This document shows positions 9,684 through 18,700 of a DNA stretch of 51,786 nucleotides, one piece after another (position 1 is the first letter of the stretch; each line of letters opens with the position of its first letter). The notes beneath the pieces were generated by a model that saw only the letters and a program-made list of their open reading frames with translations, was not told the origin of the DNA and did no database searches. The DNA lies in contig CAZVTW010000001.1 of NCBI GenBank assembly GCA_964629805.1, positions 1-51,786 of the forward strand. Reading direction: 5' to 3'. Both the position numbers and the translations under genes were made by a program. This stretch comes from an uncultured Bacteroidales bacterium. GTDB taxonomy: Bacteria > Bacteroidota > Bacteroidia > Bacteroidales > CAZVTW01.

Positions 9684-11177
9684 CTATATCTTTTCAACAA
9701 TCCGCAATGCAACCATTGTATCAAATGTTGGTAAATCCATTTTATAATATGAGGGACTTGCGCTATTTATGATTATTGTACCTTTTTTTACTACCTTGCC
9801 TGAAAAAGGAGAAATAAACTCGTATAAATATTCATTTTCAGGGAGTTTTAATTTAATCCATTCAGCGCTGTATCCGTTGAAAACAATAGCATATTGCCTG
9901 CCGGGTTCAGACAAAGCCTGCCACTCTAATCCGGGAGAGTGGTATACAACATTAAAATCAGGACTTGTTTTAACGAAATCAAAGGAATTAATAAAAGAAG
10001 TCAGGTATTGTAACTGCTTTCTTAATTGGGTACTTCCGCCACCCGGGGCATTGTTTTCTCCGGTACCGTCTTCTTTTCCCACATAGAAAGAATAATCCAG
10101 GTTGTTGAATACAGCACCGCCAGCCATGATAAACTGCCATGCCTGCCTGAGATAGGTTGTATCAGAACTTCCGTCGAAACCTGATTCATCAAAACTTGCG
10201 GGACGTTCCCAGCCGTAATTCATCCACACCGCTTCGGGCCATGCATAATGAAAATTAATAACAGAAATATAATTTTCTACATGAGGAATTGCATGTTTAA
10301 AGTTAACATAGTTTTGAGCAATTAAATGCTTTTTAGGAAGATTTTCTTCTGTTGTGGTAATAACGGCTGCCAATTGCTTCTGCCACTCGAGCGCTGCTTT
10401 TGATGTTGTTTGTGTGTATTTAAACCACCGGTCTTTTTCCAGCTCGGCATCAATTGTTTTCAGCAGTCTTATATCCTTATCCGGGTTATCTGTCCAGGGT
10501 TCGTTCTGTATTTCAAAAATTATATTGTTAAAAGCATTTACTTCTTTAACAATTTTTTCCACTAATTTCTGCTGAAATATATTGACTATTTCATTGCCGG
10601 GAAGATTGCAGTGCTGCCAGGTTTTAATTTCAGGAAAATCGTTTATATTATTTCCCGGGTTAAAGGGGTTTCGCTGCCAGTTTTCTTTATTATATATTGA
10701 ACTGAAAAAAGTTATTTCAACAATAATATCAAGTTTTTCGGCTAATGCGATAAAATCTTTTAATCTTTTAAAATAGTCAAGATTCCATGTTGAAAGATCA
10801 AGCTTATTTTCGCCGGGGTAAAGAGATTTTTCATTCACTCTTTTCCAGGGAGCCAGGAAGTAACCGGTTTCCGGTGCAAGGGTGTTGTTTTCCATATTAA
10901 AAACCCCGGGCTTCTCAACGTAAGCACCTGACAATATCCGTGTATAATTCATTCCTTCTGCATGTAGGGTATTCAGGTATTTTACATAATCAAATTCAGT
11001 ATTAATAACAGCCCCGTAGTGTTCGGCAGAGGAGATAAGTACAACAGGCTTATCTTTGTAAATAAAATAACGGGGATTTTCAGGATGCTTGCTAATAGGT
11101 TGTGCATTCATAAAATAGGTTGATATTAAGAATATAAGAAAAAAAATAATTTTCATAGTGGTAACAAATCTATTCAT
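9684..11177 (-). CDS. Clan GH-A-like (beta/alpha)8 glycoside hydrolase (GH5/GH140-like), family unassigned
   Basis: 497-aa ORF. The likely true start is Met8 (MKIIFFLIFLISTYFMNAQ, 11156). IIFEIQNEPW is an NEP acid/base-type motif typical of clan GH-A. The N-terminal HPENPRYFIYKDKPVVLISSAEHYG block is of the kind seen in uncharacterised GH-A relatives. Confidence 0.5.
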   Translation of the reverse strand: MNRFVTTMKIIFFLIFLISTYFMNAQPISKHPENPRYFIYKDKPVVLISSAEHYGAVINTEFDYVKYLNTLHAEGMNYTRILSGAYVEKPGVFNMENNTLAPETGYFLAPWKRVNEKSLYPGENKLDLSTWNLDYFKRLKDFIALAEKLDIIVEITFFSSIYNKENWQRNPFNPGNNINDFPEIKTWQHCNLPGNEIVNIFQQKLVEKIVKEVNAFNNIIFEIQNEPWTDNPDKDIRLLKTIDAELEKDRWFKYTQTTSKAALEWQKQLAAVITTTEENLPKKHLIAQNYVNFKHAIPHVENYISVINFHYAWPEAVWMNYGWERPASFDESGFDGSSDTTYLRQAWQFIMAGGAVFNNLDYSFYVGKEDGTGENNAPGGGSTQLRKQLQYLTSFINSFDFVKTSPDFNVVYHSPGLEWQALSEPGRQYAIVFNGYSAEWIKLKLPENEYLYEFISPFSGKVVKKGTIIINSASPSYYKMDLPTFDTMVALRIVEKI

Positions 11178-11209
11178 TTTAAATTACATTTAAAGAATTA
11201 TGTACTTGC

Positions 11210-13225
11210 TTATTCTTTTAAGTTATAAAGCAAAATCTTAGCTGAATATGGTTCCAATCTTAGGTTTCCTTTAATGTTTTCACCCTGAAGGGTTTTATAT
11301 TCCTTATTGCTTTCCAAGTCAATTGATTTATCCGTGTCCCCGTCGTTTACAAAATATTCGTATTGGGTGCCTGATGGGATGTTGATAAATGTTGAATGTG
11401 CATCGAATTGCGATGCTTTCTGCCATGCTTCCAGGGTATATTGCCTGATGTTTTTGCAGCCCTCCTGTATGGTTGTGTAATAGATATGATACACTTCCAT
11501 TGGGCTGGCATACAGGTTACTATCAATTATTCCAGGGTTAAATTCCGGCGCATAAGTATGTTGAAGACGCAGGGTTGGGTGCATATTTAAGGTATTAAAT
11601 ACTAAATTGTTCGTGCAAATGTTATTCTCACATTCGGTTTCAAAACGGCCGTTACCCCACTGTGCAAAGGATATCCCGGTATTGTTTCCGAATACTGTAT
11701 TACCTGTAATCGTATTATTGTACGAACCGGCGTTTGTATGAATACCACTTCCGGCGCCACTAATATAATTGTTTGTCACCCTAATATGATGCGCACCGTT
11801 ATCAAGATAAATACCATTGTTCATTTTATGATCGGATGTTGTACCAAAAGTATTGCCAACAACATTTTGGATAACATTATTCCGAATAACGTTATGGTGT
11901 GTGAATGAGGTATCGCGCGCCCAGGTATATATTGCAGCACCATCGTTTAGCGTTAGCATAGTATTATTTATGGAGTTGTACTCGCAGGTATTATAGCTCC
12001 CGTCAATACGTATGCCGATATAGCCGATGCTGTCAATATGGTTATGACTAATAAGGTTTTGGTTTGAAATGATTTGTTCTTCCCCCGATACCCGTTCCCT
12101 GTTCGATATGAGTATGCCAATAGCGCCATTAAGTCCGCTAATACCGTAAGCCGGTTGCATGCCTATGCGGTTCAATTTATTTTTACTAATTTCGCAATTC
12201 CATGATTCCAGCAAAGAGATACCCCTTCCATATACATCAGCAAAGTGATTGTTTTGAATACGCAGCCCGGAACCATGCATTTCGCAACTTAAACCATTTC
12301 GGTGTAGGCTGTGAAAAGCACAATTTGCAATCCGGATGTTTTTGTTTTCGCCCTTAAATACCATTCCATCTAAACTATAATAGGAGATTTGCAAGCCGTC
12401 TATCACCACATTCGAGACTTCCTTTTGGAGAATAAGACCGTTATCAATAAATGAAGCAAAAAACGTTTGGTTTTCTTGTAAAGGCTCGTTTTGGTACAAC
12501 AGCACCTTGTTCGATGACGCATCGAAAATCCATTCGTTGGGTGCATCAAGGAATTCTTTTTTGTTATCAAGGAAGTAAGACCAGCCCGGACTGCATACCC
12601 CCTGATAATTTGCATTATGAAACATCACTGATTCGAAATGTAGTTTTGATCCTTCTACTTTGGCTATTTTTCGGTAATCATAAATCCAGTTGATGGGGCG
12701 CAATCTGGCGGTGGCGCCAACCAATACTTCATCCGAAAAAGGTTTGTTTTCTTCTATCAGATATTGTTTGTCTCCACCCTCCATGGTTAAAACCTCTTTG
12801 TTCGGATAGCGGGCAATGGTCATGATTTGGTTGTTGCAGTACAGGTGTTTAATGGTTTCATCCACTTTGGCTGCATATATGTTTTCCGGTTCAGGTTGGA
12901 AATTATCAATTTTGTATGCTCCGGAAATGATAGCCTTTGGGCCATCCCCATAAGTTGAAAAAACAATGGGTTTCTTAATTGTGCCCGATTGGCTCACCTG
13001 AATGGTACCGATAAACGATTGGCCGGCATGAAACAACACAGAATCGCCGGGTTTTAAATTTGCTTTATTTAGTCGGGCAATGGTTTTCCAACTTTGTTTT
13101 CCCGATGTGCCCTGATTATTGTCGTTACCGCTGTTCGACAGGTAATACGTTGTTGCATGAACATGCAAGCTGCATAGCATGGTTGCTAAAAATAAAATAG
13201 TTTGTACTTTTTTCATCTTTCTCAT
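11210..13225 (-). CDS. Right-handed parallel beta-helix repeat protein (pectate-lyase fold), secreted
   Basis: 671-aa ORF with a signal peptide. The N-terminus YYLSNSGNDNNQGTSGKQSWKTIARLN..KPGDSVLFHAGQSF is typical of beta-helix enzymes. Many N-x-I/V-x-N and H-N coil repeats follow (NNVIQN, VTNNYISG, ITGNTVFGNN). Confidence 0.75.
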   Translation of the reverse strand: MRKMKKVQTILFLATMLCSLHVHATTYYLSNSGNDNNQGTSGKQSWKTIARLNKANLKPGDSVLFHAGQSFIGTIQVSQSGTIKKPIVFSTYGDGPKAIISGAYKIDNFQPEPENIYAAKVDETIKHLYCNNQIMTIARYPNKEVLTMEGGDKQYLIEENKPFSDEVLVGATARLRPINWIYDYRKIAKVEGSKLHFESVMFHNANYQGVCSPGWSYFLDNKKEFLDAPNEWIFDASSNKVLLYQNEPLQENQTFFASFIDNGLILQKEVSNVVIDGLQISYYSLDGMVFKGENKNIRIANCAFHSLHRNGLSCEMHGSGLRIQNNHFADVYGRGISLLESWNCEISKNKLNRIGMQPAYGISGLNGAIGILISNRERVSGEEQIISNQNLISHNHIDSIGYIGIRIDGSYNTCEYNSINNTMLTLNDGAAIYTWARDTSFTHHNVIRNNVIQNVVGNTFGTTSDHKMNNGIYLDNGAHHIRVTNNYISGAGSGIHTNAGSYNNTITGNTVFGNNTGISFAQWGNGRFETECENNICTNNLVFNTLNMHPTLRLQHTYAPEFNPGIIDSNLYASPMEVYHIYYTTIQEGCKNIRQYTLEAWQKASQFDAHSTFINIPSGTQYEYFVNDGDTDKSIDLESNKEYKTLQGENIKGNLRLEPYSAKILLYNLKE

Positions 13226-13275
13226 TATTATTTTTATTACATGTTTAAAAGTTTATTTCAATCCAATGTGTGTGC

Positions 13276-13283
13276 CAAAAATA
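13276..13283 (-). promoter_or_regulatory. Candidate Bacteroidota -7 box (TATTTTTG on the minus strand) for the 13225->65 operon
   Basis: Plus-strand CAAAAATA is the reverse complement of TAnnTTTG, about 50 nt upstream of the ATG at 13225. Confidence 0.3.
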
Positions 13284-13456
13284 TAAAAATATTGTTGTAC
13301 AGCAATCTAAAAAGAACTTCTTTCCGATATTGTCAAATATTTTGACACGTTGTGTGAAAAAATCATACAACGAAGTGGCGAAAAAGTATCTGTAAATCAG
13401 TCGCATAATGTGATTAACAAAAAATATCAATGCAGTTACACAAAATTGCAATCTTT

Positions 13457-13870
13457 TTAAGGTTTGAACTTTAGGCGGAAACTGAAAAAGGCTAATGCCC
13501 GCCATAGCCATTCCAACGGGCCATAGTGAAACCGCTTAAACCAATGGTAGCAGAAAATTACCTGTAAAAACAAAAAAAACGAAGGCGAATATCAGTCCCC
13601 TGGTATGCCCCAAATAGCGGTAGATGCCCAAACCATACCCATATAAGAAAAATGTACCTAAAATGGTTTGGTCAAGGTAATTTGGAAAGGCTTATCCTGC
13701 CATAAGAGGTGAGTTACTCAAATATTTTCCGGTTGCATCAAACGGTGATAAACCAAAATAAAAGCCGTTACTAAAGCAGCGAATAACTCTGGTATGTTTC
13801 CCTGAAATTGATTATCAAACAGCATATAAGCCGGGTCTTGAACGCAGCCCGGGCAAAACAGTAAATTGTC
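13457..13870 (-). pseudogene. Decayed C-terminal remnant of a DUF418 (YeiB-like) membrane protein
   Basis: Minus-strand translation gives ...IFCYHWFKRFHYGPLEWLWRALAFFSF...* (stop at 13457..13459). This is the GPLEWLWR C-terminal signature of DUF418. Upstream hydrophobic segments are broken by several stops and frame changes, and there is no start. Confidence 0.6.
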
Positions 13871-13934
13871 AGAATATAACTGATTTTTATCACATTGTAT
13901 TTAACAGGTCAAGTGTTAAAACTACACATTTTCT

Positions 13935-16352
13935 CTACTTGTCCCTTAAGGCTTCCACCGGGTTTTTGCCGGCAATTTTCCAGGAGCCGAGAGCCACTGT
14001 AACATATATGATGGTTGCGATAAAGATAGCTGTTATGAGATAAATGATAAAAGATAGCTCAATTTTATAGGCAAAATTTTTCAGCCAGTTGTTCATGATA
14101 ATTACAGAAACAGGTACAGCCACCATTATGGCAGCGAGAAACAGGGTAAAATAATCTTTCACCATCATAAAAATAACCTGACTTGTTTTAGCGCCGTTTA
14201 CTTTTCTTACACCTACCTCCTTTGAGCGTGTATTGATCATAAACATGGCCAGTGAGAACAACCCCAGGCTGATGATGATAATGGTGAAGGCCGAAAAGAA
14301 ACCGAAGTAGCGGCTAAAACGCATTTCTTCTTTATATTGCTCATTAAAAAAGTCGTCTAAGAAGAAGTATTCAAATGGCTCCAATGGAAAAAATCTTTTC
14401 CATATTTTTTCTGTGGTTTGTATGGTTGCCTGGATGTTTTCGGTTGAAACCGGAATGGTGTAATAATCAATTCTTCTCCATCGCCAGCACTTTTTCCAGT
14501 ACAAATAAACGGTTGGTTGTACCTCGTTTTGGAGCGATAGATGATGGATGTTTTCAACAATGCCCACTATCGTTTTTATACCCCCACCACCTAACACAAT
14601 TTGCTTGCCGAGGGCATCTTCAGTAGAAGCGAATCCAAGTGTTTTTGCCGCTTTCTCGTTTAATATACATGTTTCCTGTTCATTAAAGGCATCGAGGTTA
14701 AAGTCGCGGCCACTAAGGATATTGACATCATAAAGCGCGAAAAAGTTTTTGTCAATGTCGTTCGTCGGAATATCAATCTTTTTTTCTTCAGAAAATGATT
14801 TCCCCCTGCAAAATGACAAAACGGTTGAGAGTTCTTCGCCGGGCACTGAACCTGAAACGGTAATTTTTTCCAGGTTCAATGCCCTTTCAAGCTCTTGCCG
14901 AAAAGTTTTCTGCAATTCAGCATCTTCAAATATTTCATCAGCGTTGGGTCCCATCAATACAAGTTTTTGCTCAATATTCATCCCTAAATCCTGGCTTTGC
15001 ATGTAATGCACTTGTTTGGTTACAACAAGGTAGCCTGCAATAAGAATAACAGATACTACCAATTGCAAACCAATCAGCAATTTCCGTGTAAGGTGTTTGC
15101 TTGTACCACCTTGGGTTAATGAATTATTCGTAAAAAGTTTACTGCCCGAACGGTAAACAAAAAACGGGTACACCGAGCATATAGTAATCCCTGACAAGAC
15201 AACAGGACCAATCAATACAAGGTCTTGGGGCGCATTAAAGATTAAGAAATCGATACCGCTTATGTTTTTTTTAATATAAGGGTAAGATATGTAAATAAAA
15301 AGTAGAGCCAATATAAATGCAAAAAAATGTAGGAAACCTATTTGTAGAAAAAACCGGGTAAAAATTCCGCGCATTTTAGCCCCGATTGAAATAAATTTTA
15401 TGATATCGGTTGATTGTTCGGCAAATTTAGCCGCGAACAGGTTGGCACTGTTCAGCCAGGCTAAAATCAACAGGGAATAAGCAATAATAACCAAAATATT
15501 GATGTTGCCTCCCACACCTCTGGAACCATAACCCGAATCAACTTCAGACTGGAGGTGGATATCCACTACTGGTTCCAACAACGCAACATCCTGATACTTT
15601 TTATCGTTGTGAGAAGGAACGTTCTTTTCAATCAGTTGATTGATTTTTTTTGCCAGCGCTGCAGTATTTGTTTTTCCTGGTACTTTTATATACGTATGCA
15701 CACCAATACACCCCCACCATTTGTTCATACCATTCCATTTTTCATCAATTATGGCCCAGGAAGCAAGAATTTCTGGTTTTAGATGCGAATTTTCAGGTAT
15801 ATCTTTGAACACCCCGGTAATGGTTAATAAATGGTTACCACTTAAAAGCAAGGTTTCACCTACCGGGTTTTTATCGCCAAATATCCTCTCGGCAATACTT
15901 TTCGAAATAATTATAGTATGAGACTTTTCCAGGGCAGTTTCAGGATCGCCATAAATTAAATGAAACTTAAAAACCTCTATTATCTCAGGGTCAATATAAT
16001 CAAATTTTAACCTGAAACTTCTCTTGTCTTGCGTGGTTAACACCCCCTGCTCGGGATGGCTGCGGGCAGAAAATTCAATTTCGGGGATTTCATCATCCAA
16101 AGCCAATTTTAGCGGGCAATATGATAAAGCATTTTTATCAATGCTGCCATCTTCATTCGTACGTTCAATAATAATGCGGTAAATATTTTCAGCATCATCA
16201 TGAAACCGATCATAACTTTTTTCGAACTTTACATATTGACTAATCAATATAAAAGCCGTAAATGCAAGTGTAAGGCCGATGAGGTTGATAACAGCAGCGC
16301 TTTTATCCCGCCAGAGAGAGCGAAGGGCGATTAAAAAATTATATTTATTCAT
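13935..16352 (-). CDS. FtsX/MacB-type ABC transporter permease (no ATPase partner in the window)
   Basis: 805-aa ORF with the N-terminus LRSLWRDKSAAVINLIGLTLAF. It has two FtsX-like 4-TM bundles separated by large extracytoplasmic domains. Confidence 0.85.
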   Translation of the reverse strand: MNKYNFLIALRSLWRDKSAAVINLIGLTLAFTAFILISQYVKFEKSYDRFHDDAENIYRIIIERTNEDGSIDKNALSYCPLKLALDDEIPEIEFSARSHPEQGVLTTQDKRSFRLKFDYIDPEIIEVFKFHLIYGDPETALEKSHTIIISKSIAERIFGDKNPVGETLLLSGNHLLTITGVFKDIPENSHLKPEILASWAIIDEKWNGMNKWWGCIGVHTYIKVPGKTNTAALAKKINQLIEKNVPSHNDKKYQDVALLEPVVDIHLQSEVDSGYGSRGVGGNINILVIIAYSLLILAWLNSANLFAAKFAEQSTDIIKFISIGAKMRGIFTRFFLQIGFLHFFAFILALLFIYISYPYIKKNISGIDFLIFNAPQDLVLIGPVVLSGITICSVYPFFVYRSGSKLFTNNSLTQGGTSKHLTRKLLIGLQLVVSVILIAGYLVVTKQVHYMQSQDLGMNIEQKLVLMGPNADEIFEDAELQKTFRQELERALNLEKITVSGSVPGEELSTVLSFCRGKSFSEEKKIDIPTNDIDKNFFALYDVNILSGRDFNLDAFNEQETCILNEKAAKTLGFASTEDALGKQIVLGGGGIKTIVGIVENIHHLSLQNEVQPTVYLYWKKCWRWRRIDYYTIPVSTENIQATIQTTEKIWKRFFPLEPFEYFFLDDFFNEQYKEEMRFSRYFGFFSAFTIIIISLGLFSLAMFMINTRSKEVGVRKVNGAKTSQVIFMMVKDYFTLFLAAIMVAVPVSVIIMNNWLKNFAYKIELSFIIYLITAIFIATIIYVTVALGSWKIAGKNPVEALRDK

Positions 16353-16736
16353 TTTAATAAGGTCTTTTTTATTTGTTATTTTTCAAGATGTATGCCATAC
16401 ATCGTAACATCCTGTTTTACAGCATGAGGCGAGTTGTATTTCCATACTTAGGTGTCAAAATTTTTAACATATCTGTAAAAAAATTTAACACATTGTGGTT
16501 TGCAATACATTGTAAATATTCGGGATAGTGATTACCACAAAGCGGCATTTTTTTGTTAAAACTAAAAAAAAATGTTTAGGTTTCATTCCTAAAATCAATT
16601 ATTATTGTCAGAAAAAATTTCACAATGCTTTCAGGTAAAGGTACACCTGCCGGTTTTGTGATCAAACCTACATCCTAAAAAAAGTTCATCTTTTCCGGTT
16701 AGTCCGGGCTTGGGTATGATAAATTCTCTATTATAG

Positions 16737-16951
16737 ATGAGTCCACTCCTGAGAAACGCAATAACTCCTGCGATTTTTTTTTGACAAGTTGACGAAACAG
16801 AATTCTGTTTCCTTGGCAGTACTATCTTTGTCAAAATCGAGTCATTTGTCTCGACTGAGTTAACGTCATTTGACACTGAAAGTGTCCAGCTGACTTTATC
16901 TGAATTTCTGTCATATACCTGATAATCAATGCCATTTTTTTTGACATTCAT
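16737..16951 (+). repeat. MITE-like repeat, copy A (degenerate right end)
   Basis: It starts ATGAGTCCACTCCTGAGAAAC. The first ~125 nt align with copy B, including GACGAAACAGAAT and TTTGTCTCGACT. It ends ...TTTTTTTTGACATTCAT. Confidence 0.6.
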
Positions 16952-17339
16952 ATGGCACAAACTATAGTTGAGACAAAAAGCCTTGATTTTGTCGTTTTCT
17001 TTGGGGTACGATTTAATTCATTTGTAATCGCACGACAACCAAGGTTACTTCTCCTTTTTCCTCCTTAATATATTCTTTATTCACCACCTCTTCACCCCGT
17101 TTGTCAATAACAGCATTCAGGGTTTCATTGGCTTCCGGGAATCGTCCTTTAGCATCTGTTTCAGTAAACCATGCGTTCACTCACCAAAAAACCACTTTAT
17201 TGCCTGACATTTCACTATTTGCCATGACATACTATGTTAGGGGGGCAGGCTCACATGTTGTTGTTTGATTGAAAATTAAAATAAGCGATATCCTTTGTTT
17301 CCCGGGTCAACCGCAGCAGGACGTTGAGAGATTTCTAAA

Positions 17340-18335
17340 TCACAAGGAGTCACGTATGATCAGTCCGGATGGATTTATGATCTTTTTTTCTTTATTTTCA
17401 TTTATCAGTTTCACTAAATTCAATCCCATGCTGTAAAAATCTGTTGATATTGTCGCTAATCCATTCAGTATTATTTCTTTTAATGGCGATTCATTATATG
17501 ATATGATGCCTGTATCTTTTCCGGGCTGCAGTTTTTGTGCATTCAGTTTTTTAACAATGTAGATAAGGTCAGCCGTGTCAACCGTGATAAAAAGCCTGTT
17601 TTTTGTTACCTCGCAGTTATCGGCGTTCTGAATAATATGCCCTTTTATATAGAAATCATCACAAAATCGCTTAAATCCTTTTTTTAGACCTTCAATGATA
17701 TAGCTGGATGTCCTGAATACAAAAAATGTTTCTGTATACTGCCTTATTCGATCCAATCCGTCAACAAGAGCAGTATATATATCGTTCTCAAAATCCTGGT
17801 ATACCCCCGGATATGTGTTCATGATTTCAGTGGGTGCATGATCAATGATATAGACTTTCTTGTGTTTAAGAAGGGCAATATCTTTATCCGCGTTTTTATA
17901 AAGCGGCAGAACCAGGATGAAGTACGGATAGTTATCTTTATTATCTGTGATGAATCTTCTGAATACACTGGGGTTGTGATGATGAAAAACCACATCAAAG
18001 GTTGCGAGGTTCATTAATTGTCCGGTTATGGCACTCAGGAGGGTTTGTTTATAATCGCTTAACTCATCAAATATTACTAATATCCGGCGTTTGACTTCGG
18101 TGGCCGAACTCACAACATAGAATCCTTTACCAGGACTGGAAGCAATCAATCCTCTATTTTTTAGCTCATTATAAGCCTTAATGACCGTATCCCGCGAAAA
18201 TGCATGTTTTTTGACCATCTCATTTACCGACGGGAGTTTGTCTCCTGATACCAGTTCGGCTTTCTGAACCGATTCTTCTATGGCAGAAACAATTTGTTTA
18301 TATTTTGCCAGCCCCTGCCTGATTATGATTTTCAT
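17340..18335 (-). CDS. GntR-family transcriptional regulator with LacI/periplasmic-binding-type sugar-sensing domain
   Basis: 331-aa ORF. It has a winged HTH (LPSVNEMVKKHAFSRDTVIKAYNELKNRGLIASSPGKGFYV) followed by a ~250-aa alpha/beta ligand-binding domain. Confidence 0.8.
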   Translation of the reverse strand: MKIIIRQGLAKYKQIVSAIEESVQKAELVSGDKLPSVNEMVKKHAFSRDTVIKAYNELKNRGLIASSPGKGFYVVSSATEVKRRILVIFDELSDYKQTLLSAITGQLMNLATFDVVFHHHNPSVFRRFITDNKDNYPYFILVLPLYKNADKDIALLKHKKVYIIDHAPTEIMNTYPGVYQDFENDIYTALVDGLDRIRQYTETFFVFRTSSYIIEGLKKGFKRFCDDFYIKGHIIQNADNCEVTKNRLFITVDTADLIYIVKKLNAQKLQPGKDTGIISYNESPLKEIILNGLATISTDFYSMGLNLVKLINENKEKKIINPSGLIIRDSL

Positions 18336-18344
18336 CTGTTTAAA

Positions 18345-18398
18345 TTTTTGTCTGCGAAAATTTTTTTGTCCGCGAAATACACGAATTACGCGAATTAA
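18345..18398. promoter_or_regulatory. Tandem direct repeats in the GntR/MFS divergent region (candidate operator)
   Basis: TTTTTGTCTGCGAAAA (18345..18360) and TTTTTGTCCGCGAAAT (18363..18378) match at 14/16 positions with an 18-nt period. They are followed by CGAATTA-CG-CGAATTA (18382..18397). The repeats lie 10-60 nt upstream of the GntR ATG. Confidence 0.4.
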
Positions 18399-18411
18399 TT
18401 AACTATCAATT

Positions 18412-18571
18412 AACTTTTAAAAACCCTCTTGTTCTGAAATCGGCGATACGAGGATACCGCACCAAAGGTCAATATGCCACAACTTGTCTCTCGACTAAGT
18501 TGATAGAAGGCTTTCTGGCCTGGCAGGTGAAGCTTATATACCGGAAAGCCTGCCGCAAAAGGTTTTTTCAT
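18412..18571. repeat. MITE-like repeat, degenerate copy G
   Basis: It contains CTTGTCTCTCGACTAAGT (core), GAAGCTTATATACCGGAAAGCCTGCC (compare copy F AAGGCTTATCTTACCGGA and AAGCCTGCC) and AAAAGGTTTTTTCAT (truncated right terminus). The boundaries are approximate. Confidence 0.45.
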
Positions 18572-18655
18572 ATCAGTTTAGCTACGAAGGTACAAATAAA
18601 ATATGATTTTTTAAAAAATATTTACCAACAGGTAGGTACTGTCATGTTATTTTTG

Positions 18656-18663
18656 TATATTTG
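18656..18663 (+). promoter_or_regulatory. Candidate -7 box TATATTTG for the MFS transporter gene
   Basis: It matches TAnnTTTG and ends 38 nt upstream of the ATG at 18701. Confidence 0.35.
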
Positions 18664-18700
18664 CGTCATATCCATGACTCATTTATCATCATTAAACACT

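Noticed and set aside
13245-13511. 88-aa ORF upstream of the CAZyme operon
   Set aside because: It runs out of frame across the DUF418 remnant; the real signature GPLEWLWR is in another frame. It also covers the AT-rich promoter region. The composition is not protein-like.
13935-16352. Orphan FtsX/MacB permease as a possible novel system component
   Set aside because: Stand-alone FtsX-type permease paralogues without adjacent ATPase genes are common in Bacteroidota genomes. Nothing in the sequence ties it to the neighbouring genes.
16631-16960. 109-aa ORF in the gap between the FtsX and GntR genes
   Set aside because: Its Met4 codon lies in the right terminus of MITE-like copy A (ATGAATGTCAAAAAAAA), and about two thirds of the ORF is repeat sequence. 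It has no recognisable domain and is most likely a chance ORF created by the repeat.
17013-17225. 70-codon minus-strand reading frame MANSEMSGNKVVFW*VNAWFTETDAKGRFPEANETLNAVIDKRGEEVVNKEYIKEEKGEVTLVVVRLQMN with an in-frame TGA at 17181..17183
   Set aside because: It could be a small decayed gene, or a 55-aa GTG-initiated ORF. I cannot assign it to any family and have no independent support, so it is left unannotated.
18500-18700. 67-codon N-terminal extension of the MFS transporter ORF
   Set aside because: The extension overlaps degenerate repeat G and a TAnnTTTG box, and it contains no MFS sequence. The canonical sugar-porter N-terminus starts at the Met at 18701.
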